Below, piece after piece: positions 25,353 through 36,884 of a DNA stretch of 64,000 bases (its first letter is position 1; the number at the start of each line of letters is the position of its first letter). The position numbers and the translations under genes were made by a program. The notes beneath the pieces are model-generated. The model had not been told where the DNA came from and ran no database searches. It was given only the letters and a program-made list of their open reading frames with translations. Location of the stretch: contig BFEA01000003.1 in NCBI GenBank assembly GCA_003427395.1, positions 6,071,226-6,135,225 on the forward strand. Direction: 5' to 3'. The stretch is from Chara braunii (lineage: Eukaryota; Plantae; Charophyceae).

Positions 25353-25983
25353 GCCGTGCTGATTTGCTTCCGGAACAGTTATAGCTTTCCCCCCCCCCAC
25401 CTCCCCTACTCCCCCGAGACAAAACATTTACCCTCACTTGCCCCTACTGCTGTAAAACACTTTCCTGCCATTTTTTGCACAGTGGGCGTTACCAGCCCGG
25501 GTGCAAAAATGACACACTCAAGTGATTTTGGGACCTCCGGAACCGTTTGAGGGCAAATGAATACAAATGTTTTTCGTAGGGGTGATATATAGCTTATCCG
25601 ATTTTCTTCAGTCGGGTTCAATCGCCTTGAAGTCAGTTAGTGGCGGGCCTTTGGGAGATAACTTCAAGATAGAGGTCGAAAGCAGAAGTCTCAGGAGAGA
25701 AAGCAACACATTCACACCACACACACACACTCACACACACAAACACAAACACAAACACAAACACAAACACAAAAAAGGAAAAAAGAACAAGGAGACAAGA
25801 AAAAAATTGAAAAGAGTACAGACAGGCAAAGGCAAAAAAACACACCCGCCCTTACAGATATCACGGCGCGTATTTGAAATGGCAATGTGGGCAATAAAGC
25901 ATTTATTGGGCCTTCATCTCTCTTTTCTTTTCCCGTCTGACTGACTCTGACACCATGGAGTACACCTGTAGTTATGAGACCCG

Positions 25984-26080
25984 GGGCAAGGTCCCACTTG
26001 CACGGATTAAGAGATTCTGGCCGTTGATCTTTGCTATCTACAGTCAATATCGCTTAGTTCCTGTAAGTGGCACCTAGCCC
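25984..26080. mobile_element. 97-bp hairpin MITE, GGG...CCC ends, 3-bp TSD CCG (PIF/Harbinger-like)
   Basis: TIR GGGCAAGGTCCCAC/GTGGCACCTAGCCC; second copy 34099-34195 has the same length and TSD. Confidence 0.82.
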
Positions 26081-26184
26081 CCGGGCCTCTGTGACGTGGA
26101 CGGCCGCTGAACGTTTCCGGAGATGTTCAGTAGATCAACGGCGGAGGTGGGTTGGCGGAACGATGGATTTAGACGAAGGGAGTA

Positions 26185-26248
26185 GTATGGTGGAAACCCC
26201 CTGAGGATGACCGAGTGGCTGCGGTCGAAACCGGTCGGGGAGCCATAT
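26185..26248 (+). ncRNA. Type I minimal hammerhead ribozyme (Penelope pLTR style)
   Basis: CCCC-CUGAGGA-U-GACCG(agtggctg)CGGUC-GAAAC-CG-GUC-GGGG; stem I CCCC/GGGG extended by GUAUGGU/GCCAUAU; palindromic ACCGGU stem III; predicted cut after C26236. Confidence 0.88.
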
Positions 26249-27962
26249 ATATCCCAACCGGCATGCAATCTTCTTTGTACTCGTGTATTTTCATACCTTG
26301 TACGTGAACGTACATGAGCTTTTGATCTTCCTTTGCGTTTTGCATGAGTCTTGATCTATGTATCTTCCACAATCTATCAGTTACCTCTGTGACGGCCGCA
26401 GTACTTTGGTTGCTTTTTCAAACTCGGTGGGTGTTTTATATGAGAGCACGTGTTTTTTTTGCGCATTTGAAACTCGAAAGTGTCATCAACGTACTTGCTC
26501 CAAACAAAAAAAAAAGAGTAGTTTGAACGTAGGTGCTGTATGTCGGACTCACTCTATCAGTGAAACGAGATTTGGATGCTAGCAAGAGGTGAGAGAGCAC
26601 GCGAGCTTGGTCACATCCTTTCTCCTTTTCTGGCCAAAGATGAGGGAAAAAAAGAATAAAAGCACATTAAGACCTTCACTACTATTCTTTACAACTTCGT
26701 TCAATGATCAACCAAACAAAGAGCCTTCTAACGGACAAAGCAGTCAACAATTTAGCCAACCAATCAATCAATCAACCAACCAATCAATCAATCAACCAAC
26801 CAATGAATCAATGAATCAATGAATCAATGAATCAATGAATCAATCAATCAATGAATCAATGAATCAATCAGTCAATCAACTAGTCAGTCCGTTGATCAAT
26901 TAACCAGTAGATCAGTCCATCGATCGACCAATTACTTTGGTTATTGCGATAGGCATCAATCCATCAATTATAAGAAATCAGCTACTTTCTCCCACTTAAC
27001 CTTCAACCTACTGTAGACAAAAACACACATCCGATTCCGTTTCCTGTTCAACTTGGTGCTCAGCAGAACGAACGAAATGTCTGATCTGCATTTCTCCACA
27101 CCGGAAATGCACAGACCTATCGATTTATAAAGCAAATCTGAGATACTTACAAGTTACAGCCTTCTATCCACCCAAAGAATACAGATTAGAGGGCCTCCTA
27201 ACCCCCCCGGGAAGAGAGATAACAGGGCCTTCTTAACCTCTACGAATATAGATAAGGAGGCTCCGACCACACTTCTCAGATCATTTCGCTAACATAATCT
27301 CCTTGAAGTTCTCGCCTTCGCTCTCTTCACTCTACCCTTACTCCTTCTAGCTTCGCTCAGGCTCTCCATCAGCTTTCGGCCCCACCAAAGATCTCTCTCT
27401 AATTATGATTCATGAATTACAAATGTCTACAAAATCGGAAATTGCCAACTACTGTCAAACAATGGACAGCGGCTTCGATACCCTAGGCCCTGGGGGCAGT
27501 GGGGGGTAATTCTTAACGCCTCCCACCGTGGTCACCCACTCGTAATCGCACAATGTGATGTGAACCTTAATGGACACTTAAAAAGGGGATAAGACTTCAC
27601 CTCTTGTACATCTACAAGTTCCGGACCTTGATGTACTACACCCTCAAAAAAACTAATCTTGGCTAGGACACGTGTCGAATTATGGTCCATGATCATAGAC
27701 CTTATGTGAGGGCTCGAACTGGTGACGATGCACTTGTATAAGTTGTATTCTACGGAGTACATGATGTGTTTACGGCGTAACGAGATAGATCTTCCGTGAC
27801 GTTGGATCTCGCCATGAGAGAGAAGAGAACTTGTTCACCGTCCGATCTCACCATGAGAGAACTCTGCTGTTCCGTCTCATCCGTACAGACGGTACAGTCA
27901 TTTCCAAGATACATCCATTAGCTGGCTGAGCCTGACTCAAACGTTCACGGACGTCGCAGAAG

Positions 27963-28041
<79 letters not shown>

Positions 28042-28202
28042 TGCCTGTGTGTGTGGGTGCAGCGTCTACGTGCTGTGCAGATGACCGACCGTGCCTGTTG
28101 GGGGATATAACCAAGCCTTCACGTGGAGTGAGATCATGCAGCCGCCTGGCAGTGAAGTTCGTCCAGATTCATTCAAACCGGGGAGGCATAAGCCGAAGGA
28201 AT

Positions 28203-28274
28203 GGGATAATTGGTAGAAAGCGCCCACGACAAAACCGACAAGGTTTGGCGTGGGCGCTTTCTACCAATTATCCC
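28203..28274. mobile_element. 72-bp near-perfect hairpin (Mutator-like mini-MITE)
   Basis: 26-bp perfect arms gggataattggtagaaagcgcccacg; flanks cgaaggaat/ggaaggaac are a 7/9 direct repeat. Confidence 0.7.
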
Positions 28275-28679
28275 GGAAGGAACTGTCAGGCTCCCGAGGA
28301 GGGGCAATGCAGGGGCGATGCAGCCAAACATCGACGGTGAGGATCGTCCAACTCCTATAGGCTATAGCACCATGCAATAAATCGTTACTCCCTCCTTTCT
28401 CACAAAAGGGAGTGACGTTGATCGGACTCTATCCACTGTGGGAGTTTGCTTGTTCCCCCAAACTTCCTCCATCGGAAATCAGCTTCAGTACCTTTCTGCC
28501 TCCCTCTCGACCTCTCGACCTCTCGACCTCTGGACTTGTCCGCCAGACCTCGTCGTCCTATTTCTCCACTAAATTGCACCTACTCCTGCTGAAGTCGACC
28601 TAAGTTTTACTCTCATGAGCCCTTCAGAGGCATACTTTCGCGTGGGCTTTATCTAGTATCTACCAATTTCCCCCTGCTT

Positions 28680-28971
28680 CAAGGTCGATTGCTTCTTGGG
28701 GTCCCGCGGGGGCAAGCGGCGCGCTATTGCCTGTGAACTGCTCCCAGTGGTCCCACGAAGTTTTAGTACCCGCTGGGACTTCTCACACGTCATCCCCTCC
28801 TCCAAGTGGGTTTTAGAAAATACCACCGACTGGTCAAAAAGGGATAAACAGAACCTCCGGCAACTCACCTACGTCTCTTCAAACTACAATCTGTCAAACA
28901 AAATAAAAAGCCTACAAGTTCAGCAACAAAGAAAACCCCTACAGCCACTGCTCCTCCCTATAGACGACTAG
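28680..28971 (+). pseudogene. Possible decayed hAT transposase C-terminal dimerisation region
   Basis: AIACELLPVVPRSFSTRWDFS...KQNLRQLTYVSSNYNL loosely follows the LA..LL..SS..ER.FS...L..L.YV..N..L pattern. Confidence 0.3.
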
Positions 28972-29143
28972 TTTCTCAGTTTGTTTCTGCTTGGTTGTTC
29001 TTCCGCAGTTGGCCCTGTACCCCTCTCGCCCCCCCACCCCTCCTCCTTGCGAGACTTCCTTCTCCAACGCGCCTAGGTGGTCGTGGCAATCCTTTTCTCT
29101 CAGCGCATCTCGAACTCTTGTTCGTCCTCATCTTCCGGCACTA

Positions 29144-29249
29144 CAGTCTTCCCCCGAATACAACGTACGGTCATGATAGCTGAATTTGGTGTATCTTTTC
29201 GGTCTAAATTCAGCTATAATGACCGTACGTTGTATTCGGGGGAAGACTG
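29144..29249. mobile_element. 106-bp palindromic MITE, Tc1/mariner-pogo type
   Basis: TA TSD; TIR CAGTCTTCCCCCGAATA; pairs almost end to end; related copy at 59975-60079. Confidence 0.88.
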
Positions 29250-29529
29250 TAGTCGTCGCCTTTCTGTCGGACAGGGCGGATTTCTTTTCCACACTAGTCG
29301 CTGTATAAAGTCCTTTTCTCGTCTTTGGCGGATTCCTTTGTCGATCTCTTGTTCGTTCTGTACCACGTTTTCCTCCCAGTCTCTCGTCTCCCCGAGGCGG
29401 GAGCCGTCATACCTCCCAGCTCTCTTCCCGTTCGGTCGAGCTTCCTGCTAGTTGGGACACAAACCCGACTGTCACAGAAAGACGACGACTACGGGTGCAC
29501 TACTGCAATTAACTTGTTTGCTCCCTCCT

Positions 29530-29781
29530 GAGAAGAGCGCGTGGTGCGCGCCCCTGCCTCGGTCTATATCAACGTCAGTTCCTGCCTAAGGGCTATGGGA
29601 GCGAGCACGCCGCAAACCTCGATGAGAAGAGCGCGTGTGGTGCGCGCCCCTGCGCTGAGTGCGCTGATAGTATTCCTTGCTCCCTACCGTTGGCGCGCTT
29701 TCGCAGAGCGCGTTGTCCGCACCCCTGCGCTGAGTGCACTCATAGTATTCCTTGCTCCCTACCGTTGGCGCGCTTTCGCAG
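29530..29781 (+). repeat. Short nested tandem duplications
   Basis: gagaagagcgcgt..gtgcgcgcccctgc twice; a roughly 60-bp block ccctgcgctgagtgc...ctttcgcag twice, 75 bp apart. Confidence 0.85.
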
Positions 29782-30166
29782 GTCTGTGCTTTGTCTAATA
29801 TCATGGATGGGGAAAAAAACAAGAAAATAAAAATAAAAATATATATATAATGTAAAGCTCTTCCTGACGTCCTGAGTGTCCAGGCAGCGACTGCTTACGA
29901 CGATTGTCTATCGACTTGACGATTGCCGGAGTCTCACCCGCGTGGCAGGCAAAAAAAAAAAAAAAAAAAAAAAAAAAACATCTATGCTGGGGCTCGAAGA
30001 AGAAGAAGAAGAAGAAGAAGAACTAAATGAAAAATGGATAAATATTTAAAAACGGAAGGTAGTCAAAATATCTTGGAGAAACACTCAGTGACCCTTAGAG
30101 GCGGACTGGCCTCCATCTCGTACAGCACTTAACAAAACATGCTACGCACGGCCGCCCCCCAAAAGA

Positions 30167-30224
<58 letters not shown>

Positions 30225-30377
30225 CATGAAATAGCTACTCACGGCACTTTCTAACGTCCGATCGACAAACTCAAACCCCTTTTCCTCCTTAGAACTCACT
30301 ACTATTCTAGTATTCCTCCTGCAACAAATGGGGAGTTTGTTTTTCGGACTTTTTCCTATAATTCGCTTTTTTTCCGA

Positions 30378-31835
30378 CTACCAGCAAACGAACTTCAGGA
30401 CGCGGACTTCGCAGCAGGGGCATTTCAGCACATATTCGTTCGTCATGGATCCGCCACCCTTGCCGGAATCGGACTTAAAACTCTTGGCGCGGTCGGTTTT
30501 GGTGCTGTTGGAGTTGGAGTTGGGAGAGGGAGAGGGTGAGGGCGGTTTTTCCTTCTGCTCCTTCTGAACAGCTGGTCGTCGTTTGGGGTACGGGCTGCAG
30601 CCGCACCACCTCCCGAGGTCCTTGTCTGGCTTGTCTGGGCTGGGTTTGAATTTCGGGCTACACAAAGGTTTACCAGGAGGAAGAGAATTTGGAGGAGGCT
30701 GGGGGCCAGGCGGATAGGGACCAGGCCGACGCAGATCCGGACTGCTGTCGACGACGGGATCGGGTCGGGAGTCGGGCAACACGGAGGACGAGGCAGGGGA
30801 GTCGTGACGGAGGGTAGCAGCAGGCTGGTCAGGAGGAGACCCATCAGGTCGTTGCCTAGCGACAGCTGGCGGAGGACTGCCGTTTCTGAAAGAGCACGTG
30901 GCAACGTGGGCATCCAGGTCAGCATAGTCTATCCTTCGGCTGCAACCCGATGCCGAGTACGGACACGGCCGAAGGCACTTGTTCGCAAGATGGCTCTCCT
31001 TCGAGTCAGTCGCCCCTACTCGATACCCACACGTCTCGCACAGCGGTGTGTTGACGTCAAACCGGCAAGACATCTCGTGCAGTGCGCGATAGCGAGACAG
31101 AACAACGGCTTCACATCCATCTTTCTCAAACGAACAGTGGACAGGACGGTACGCACAGATTCGCACGTGCTTCTCCAGATTGCGTAGAACCATAACTTCA
31201 GAGCAGGCTCGCCTTCTCGAATCAGCAGCAGCTCGCTTGTCCATCTCCTCCTTCTCCTCCTTCTCCTCCTCCTCCTCCTCGCTTCTTCCACTGCTCCTCG
31301 AAGTAGCGTTGGCCGGAAGGAAACGATTGGAACAGATATCGTAACTCAAAGAAAAGGGGCATTTCACTCTCAACCCCCATAAGAACTCCCGATAGTCCCT
31401 CGCCGGAGAAAAAACATTACCTTTTTGACAGTATTTGTGGCAGCCCGGCAATGGACAATTAGGACTTCTTCTGGAGAGGACTCTCCTCTGAACACAGGGG
31501 CCACAGAAAGTGTGCCCGCAAGCATTCAAGGTACTTGCATCGAGCATCAGCCGCTTGCAGAGAGGACAAGAGTACTGCGCAGAAATGTCGTTGCAAAACA
31601 GTTCTAACGACCTTTCGACGCTAGGGGCTCGCATTGAGTAACGAGAATTGGGCAGCAGCTCCGCACCGACGCGAGCGAAGCCAACGCGAGGAGCGGCATT
31701 CTTGACGAGTGTGTCGCTGTAGTGGTAGATAAAAGAGGACAGGAATGCCTCCAAGTCTTTCGACGACATGTAGGGATCAGGTTCAATTTCTATCTCCATC
31801 ACTCCCCCCTGGTGAACTGAGTCGCGGCCAGGCAT
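30378..31835 (-). CDS. RING (C3HC4) + TRAF-type zinc-finger protein, putative E3 ubiquitin ligase, 485 aa from ATG 31835
   Basis: Uninterrupted ORF; RING CPLC..CGHTFCGPC..CPLPGC; TRAF-like fingers (LEKHVRICAYRPVHCSFEKDGC, CPYSASGCSRRIDYADLDAHVATCSFR); Pro/Ser-rich tail; terminal CPCC. Start codon uncertain. Confidence 0.88.
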   Translation of the reverse strand: MPGRDSVHQGGVMEIEIEPDPYMSSKDLEAFLSSFIYHYSDTLVKNAAPRVGFARVGAELLPNSRYSMRAPSVERSLELFCNDISAQYSCPLCKRLMLDASTLNACGHTFCGPCVQRRVLSRRSPNCPLPGCHKYCQKGNVFSPARDYREFLWGLRVKCPFSLSYDICSNRFLPANATSRSSGRSEEEEEEKEEKEEMDKRAAADSRRRACSEVMVLRNLEKHVRICAYRPVHCSFEKDGCEAVVLSRYRALHEMSCRFDVNTPLCETCGYRVGATDSKESHLANKCLRPCPYSASGCSRRIDYADLDAHVATCSFRNGSPPPAVARQRPDGSPPDQPAATLRHDSPASSSVLPDSRPDPVVDSSPDLRRPGPYPPGPQPPPNSLPPGKPLCSPKFKPSPDKPDKDLGRWCGCSPYPKRRPAVQKEQKEKPPSPSPSPNSNSNSTKTDRAKSFKSDSGKGGGSMTNEYVLKCPCCEVRVLKFVCW

Positions 31836-32237
31836 CGGACAGCGACGGACACCAAGGCAGCAAATTCTGAGCAAAATGATTAGATATAGATAGACCTTGG
31901 GGGAACAGGTTTGGGTCAGCCTCGTCGCACGGGCCCCGAGGTCTCGCGGTATCACACACCAACGCAGCAAAATGAATAGACAGACCGGAGATCGGGATCG
32001 AGCACGGCTCTGATCCCGATCCCGTTCTGTATCCGGAGTCGGGACTGTCACCAGAACAGAGGAGGGGAAACGGTTGGAGAATGGTCGGGATAGCTACATG
32101 GTAATGCGTGCTTGGTCGGGACTGTCACAAGCACGCTTGGCTTCGGTGAGGAAACCACCTGTGTCCTTGACTCCTTATCGTTATTCCAGATCGAGGAATG
32201 AGGAAAACGGAGAGAACCAGCGCGAGGTGGGGAGGGT

Positions 32238-32285
<48 letters not shown>

Positions 32286-32555
32286 NNNNNNNNNNNNNNN
32301 NNNNNNNNNNNNNNNNNNNNNNNNNNNNNNNNNNNNNNNNNNNNNNNNNNNNNNNNNNNNNNNNNNNNNNNNNNNNNNNNNNNNNNNNNNNNNNNNNNNN
32401 NNNNNNNNNNNNNNNNNNNNNNNNNNNNNNNNNNNNNNNNNNNNNNNNNNNNNNNNNNNNNNNNNNNNNNNNNNNNNNNNNNNNNNNNNNNNNNNNNNNN
32501 NNNNNNNNNNNNNNNNNNNNNNNNNNNNNNNNNNNNNNNNNNNNNNNNNNNNNNN

Positions 32556-32633
<78 letters not shown>

Positions 32634-33084
32634 CTGCTGTGGGAAGGAGGGGACCACCAGGACACTCTGGTGACGGTGGTGCGCACTTTCACGGTGAAGT
32701 GAAAGACGGCGCACTTCCCGATTAGGTCGAGATTCCCCGAAGGGGGATCTCTTTGACGGCTTCGTTGCCCTCCCCTCTAGTTATACCACTTGTGAGACTG
32801 AAACGATTCGCTGGCCTCCTCAACGCTTTTACGCCTCGACATTTTTCTTCACCCCTGATCCAAAACCACACCCAACACACTATGAGCTTTGGATCACCCC
32901 AAAAGGACAACAGTCACAACACCATATCCACGGCAACAACAGAGGGACACAAACCTCCACGGCTGAAAAACAAGAAATTGTGTGTTGTGCGAGGCAATGC
33001 GAGCAGGAAAATGTAGAAAGATTCATCCTGTCGGAAATACTGCTTGAGAAAGTCCTTACGTCTCTCGGTGATTACATACGTCTG

Positions 33085-33640
33085 TCGGTGATTGCGTACA
33101 GTATGACAGCATCCGTACCAACGTCGAACAGCCAAGGACAGCCAAAGTGGATGACCACAGAATCAGGATCCCCACAATTATAGCAGGTCCGTACACTGGA
33201 CGAGGCAGGTACATTCGCCATCGTAATACCGTCAAGCGACACAGATTATCGAAGCCACACTCCCAGTAGTCTGGGTGATTGCGAACAGTATGACAGCATC
33301 CGTACCAACGTCGAACAGGGAAGGACAGCCAAAGTGGAGGACCACAGAATCAGCATCCCCACAATTATAGCAGGTCCGTACACTGGACGAGGGAGGTACA
33401 TTCGCCATCGTAATACCGTCAAGCGACACAGATTATCGAAGCCACACTCCCAGTAGTCTGACTCCTACGGTGATTACTCCGAAAGTCAAAGTGATTGCAT
33501 ACAGTATGACAGCATCACTACCGACTTCGAACAGTGAAGGACAGCCAAAGTGGAGGACCACAGAATTAGCAACTAGGATCCCCACAATTATAGCAGGTCC
33601 GTACACTAGACGAGGCAGGTACATTCGCCATCTGTCGGTG
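33085..33640 (-). repeat. Triplicated unit encoding a truncated zinc-knuckle ORF start (MANVPASSSVRTCYNCGDP)
   Basis: ATGs at 33631, 33408 and 33221 (-); periods 223 and 187 bp. Confidence 0.85.
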
Positions 33641-34098
33641 GCTGGTATATTGTTTCTCTTCTCTTGTCTCCCTTCTCCTGATGCTTTTTGCACATCTGTT
33701 CTTCCTCGCGGCGCTCGCGCTTCACACACTTCTCTTCTCTTTGCTCTTTTGCTCCTTTCCCCCCTTTTGATTGATTTCAGTGTGTGTAACGATTCTAATC
33801 TTGCTTTGCAGTGACCAAGTGAAGGGAATTGTTGGGATTTCCTCGGCTGTGTGGTTAAGAATCTTCGGATGGCCCCTGAGCAAGAATGACACATTGTTTC
33901 ACAAAACCGAAGATCCGTGGATCAATACGATCAATAGTCGGAGGACTATTTTACCTTCTCCAGGAGGCAGAAGATAAACGAACTGTCAGTCTGCCATTAG
34001 TTCCTTTCTGTACGAAGGCAAAAAACAAAAAAAAAAAGGAGGCTATATGACGATTGTTGCAGTAGGGATTCTAAGGATAACACCCGGTCCCGGCTCCG

Positions 34099-34195
34099 GG
34101 GCAAGGTCCCACTAGCACGGATTACGAGATTTTGACCGTTGATCTGTGCTATCTACGGTCAATATCTCCTAATTCGTGTATGTGGGACCTAGCCC
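34099..34195. mobile_element. 97-bp hairpin MITE, second copy, TSD CCG
   Basis: ccg|GGGCAAGGTCCCAC...GTGGGACCTAGCCC|ccg. Confidence 0.82.
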
Positions 34196-35676
34196 CCGGT
34201 TGCGAAAGGTGGCAAAAAACACTCGTTACTATTTATAGCAAAACGATGAACCTCTCCATTTTCTCCAGGCAGATGCACTCGTTTCGTTTTTCGTTTCGTG
34301 TCCCGTGCGGCGACGCCCAGGGTTTCATGGAAGTCTCGGAGGAGAAAACAAGATACAACAGGGAAAAAAAAAAAAAAANNNNNNNNNNNNNNNNNNNNNN
34401 NNNNNNNNNNNNNNNNNNNNNNNNNNNNNNNNNNNNNNNNNNNNNNNNNNNNNNNNNNNNNNNNNNNNNNNNNNNNNNNNNNNNNNNNNNNNNNNNNNNN
34501 NNNNNNNNNNNNNNNNNNNNNNNNNNNNNNNNNNNNNNNNNNNNNNNNNNNNNNNNNNNNNNNNNNNNNNNNNNNNNNNNNNNNNNNNNNNNNNNNNNNN
34601 NNNNNNNNNNNNNNNNNNNNNNNNNNNNNNNNNNNNNNNNNNNNNNNNNNNNNNNNNNNNNNNNNNNNNNNNNNNNNNNNNNNNNNNNNNNNNNNNNNNN
34701 NNNNNNNNNNNNNNNNNNNNNNNNNNNNNNNNNNNNNNNNNNNNNNNNNNNNNNNNNNNNNNNNNNNNNNNNNNNNNNNNNNNNNNNNNNNNNNNNNNNN
34801 NNNNNNNNNNNNNNNNNNNNNNNNNNNNNNNNNNNNNNNNNNNNNNNNNNNNNNNNNNNNNNNNNNNNNNNNNNNNNNNNNNNNNNNNNNNNNNNNNNNN
34901 NNNNNNNNNNNNNNNNNNNNNNNNNNNNNNNNNNNNNNNNNNNNNNNNNNNNNNNNNNNNNNNNNNNNNNNNNNNNNNNNNNNNNNNNNNNNNNNNNNNN
35001 NNNNNNNNNNNNNNNNNNNNNNNNNNNNNNNNNNNNNNNNNNNNNNNNNNNNNNNNNNNNNNNNNNNNNNNNNNNNNNNNNNNNNNNNNNNNNNNNNNNN
35101 NNNNNNNNNNNNNNNNNNNNTTTTTCCTCTCTGGAATTTTACTTTCTGTGTCTAAGTGAGCACCTTTAAGATGTGCTAAACAGTCGGTGCTCCGTTGTTT
35201 GGAGTGCGTGCAGGACTCTTAGGGGAGACACTATGTCGGTGATGTCTGCGGTGCATATGGTCTATGGGTGATTATAGACTTCCGTCGCTGTGCTTACTGG
35301 TTCAGTGGGCAGTGGGAACCAACTGTCTCCGTGGTTCTTCTTGTCGTGCAAGTAGGTCTTGGATGGCTTTGCTCGGTGTTGGATGTGTGGACTGCCTTGT
35401 CTGTGCTTGGCCGCTGCTTTTTTTACCATCCCACTTGCCTCCCAGGTCGTTCTTTGTAGCTGGTGTGTACTGGTGTGTTTCCCGTGCAGTCTGGCCGCTT
35501 CGTTGCTGGCACTTGGTGTTGCCTTGTGCTTCACTGCCTGTGGCCTTGCTGCCGATCTGCTTTCTTTGCTTGTGTGCTGTGTCGTTGGCTGCTTCTTTGG
35601 TGTTGCCTCGTGCTTTGCTGCACTGTTGCTGTGCTGCCTGTCCACTTGTGTTCTCATTCCATCCAGTTCTCTTTGG

Positions 35677-36022
35677 CAGTGTAGTCCCCCGTACGTCGTA
35701 GGGGGGGTCTGCGTACGGCCAGTGCGTACGGACGTACGAACGGGAGTATGGTCATACGGACGGGCGTACGGTCATACGGACGGTCATACGGTCGTACAGA
35801 CGGGGCCCGTCCGAACGTGCCTGGGCGCGGTAAGGGGGTGACGGGGGGGGGCGACCCCAGGGATGGTAGGGGGGTCTCAAGGGGGCCCATACTATTAAAA
35901 AAAAAGAAAAAAAAAGAGCTGCCATCGAAAAAAGAGAGAGACAAAAGAGAAAAATCGAATGAATCTACCGCAGGAACATGGAAATATACACTGCCTGTGA
36001 CTGCCACACTTGTTGTTGTTTG

Positions 36023-36062
<40 letters not shown>

Positions 36063-36479
36063 GTGTGCGTGTGTGTGTGGGAGAGAGAGAGAGAGATCTC
36101 CAACCTCGCAGCTGGCCTTGTGGTACTTCCATCGAATGAATCGAATGAGTCGACCGCTAGAACATGAAAATATGCACTGCCACACTTGTTTTCGTGTGTG
36201 TGTGTGAGAGACAGAGAGAGAGGGGGTGTATCGAACCTCGTGGCTGGCCTCATGGTACTTCCATCGAATGGATGAGCGAAATCGAATGAATCTACCTCTA
36301 GAGCATGGAAATATACACTGCCACACTTGTTTTCGTGTGTGTGTGTGTGCGTATTCGCCAGGGGGAGGCAACCCACCAACAGCAAATCAATCAATCAATC
36401 AATCAATCAATTAATCAATCTTTCATTTTTTGCATGGATTTTTTTTCCTTTTTTTCTTCTTTTGTTTTTGTATTTTACG

Positions 36480-36529
<50 letters not shown>

Positions 36530-36884
36530 TCAATCAATCATCAATCAACCAACCAATTAATCAATCAATCATTGAATCAATCAATCATTGAATCAATCAA
36601 TCAATTATCAATTTTTTATTATTATTTTTTTTACACCCGGAGTTTTGGGCTCAAACAAAAAATCTTCTTTTTTTTTTGTTTTTTTTTTTTGAATGAGGGG
36701 GAACCCCCCACCGCCACCAGCACCCGCACCTCCCCCAGCCCATTCACCCCCTCAACACCCCCTTGGAAGGCCACGTATGAAGGGCCGGAAATCTGTACGT
36801 ATAGGCCATAGGGACGTTGAGGGCCCGTACGTACCGTCGTACGGAAGTCCGTACGATCCGTCCCCGTACGTGGTGACGACACTG
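35677..36884. mobile_element. Non-autonomous hAT-type element with internal microsatellite and tandem repeats
   Basis: TIR CAGTGTAGTC/GACGACACTG; perfect 8-bp TSD CTCTTTGG; subterminal cgtacg repeats. Confidence 0.92.

Noticed and set aside
27000-27790. Solo LTR or retroelement end on the - strand
   Set aside because: A purine tract and a GTTAAG start are suggestive, but no matching other end or TSD was found.
31836-32051. 72-aa N-terminal extension of the RING protein from a GTG start
   Set aside because: Non-ATG start in a eukaryote; more likely 5' UTR.
32715-32800. HDV-like ribozyme (hairpin followed by CUAA-UCGGG on -)
   Set aside because: No upstream P2 partner or P3/L3 motif could be found.
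34132-35169. Long ORFs spanning N-runs (also near 15235, 22541, 24212, 32048, 39091, 41083)
   Set aside because: Artefacts of assembly gaps and microsatellites.
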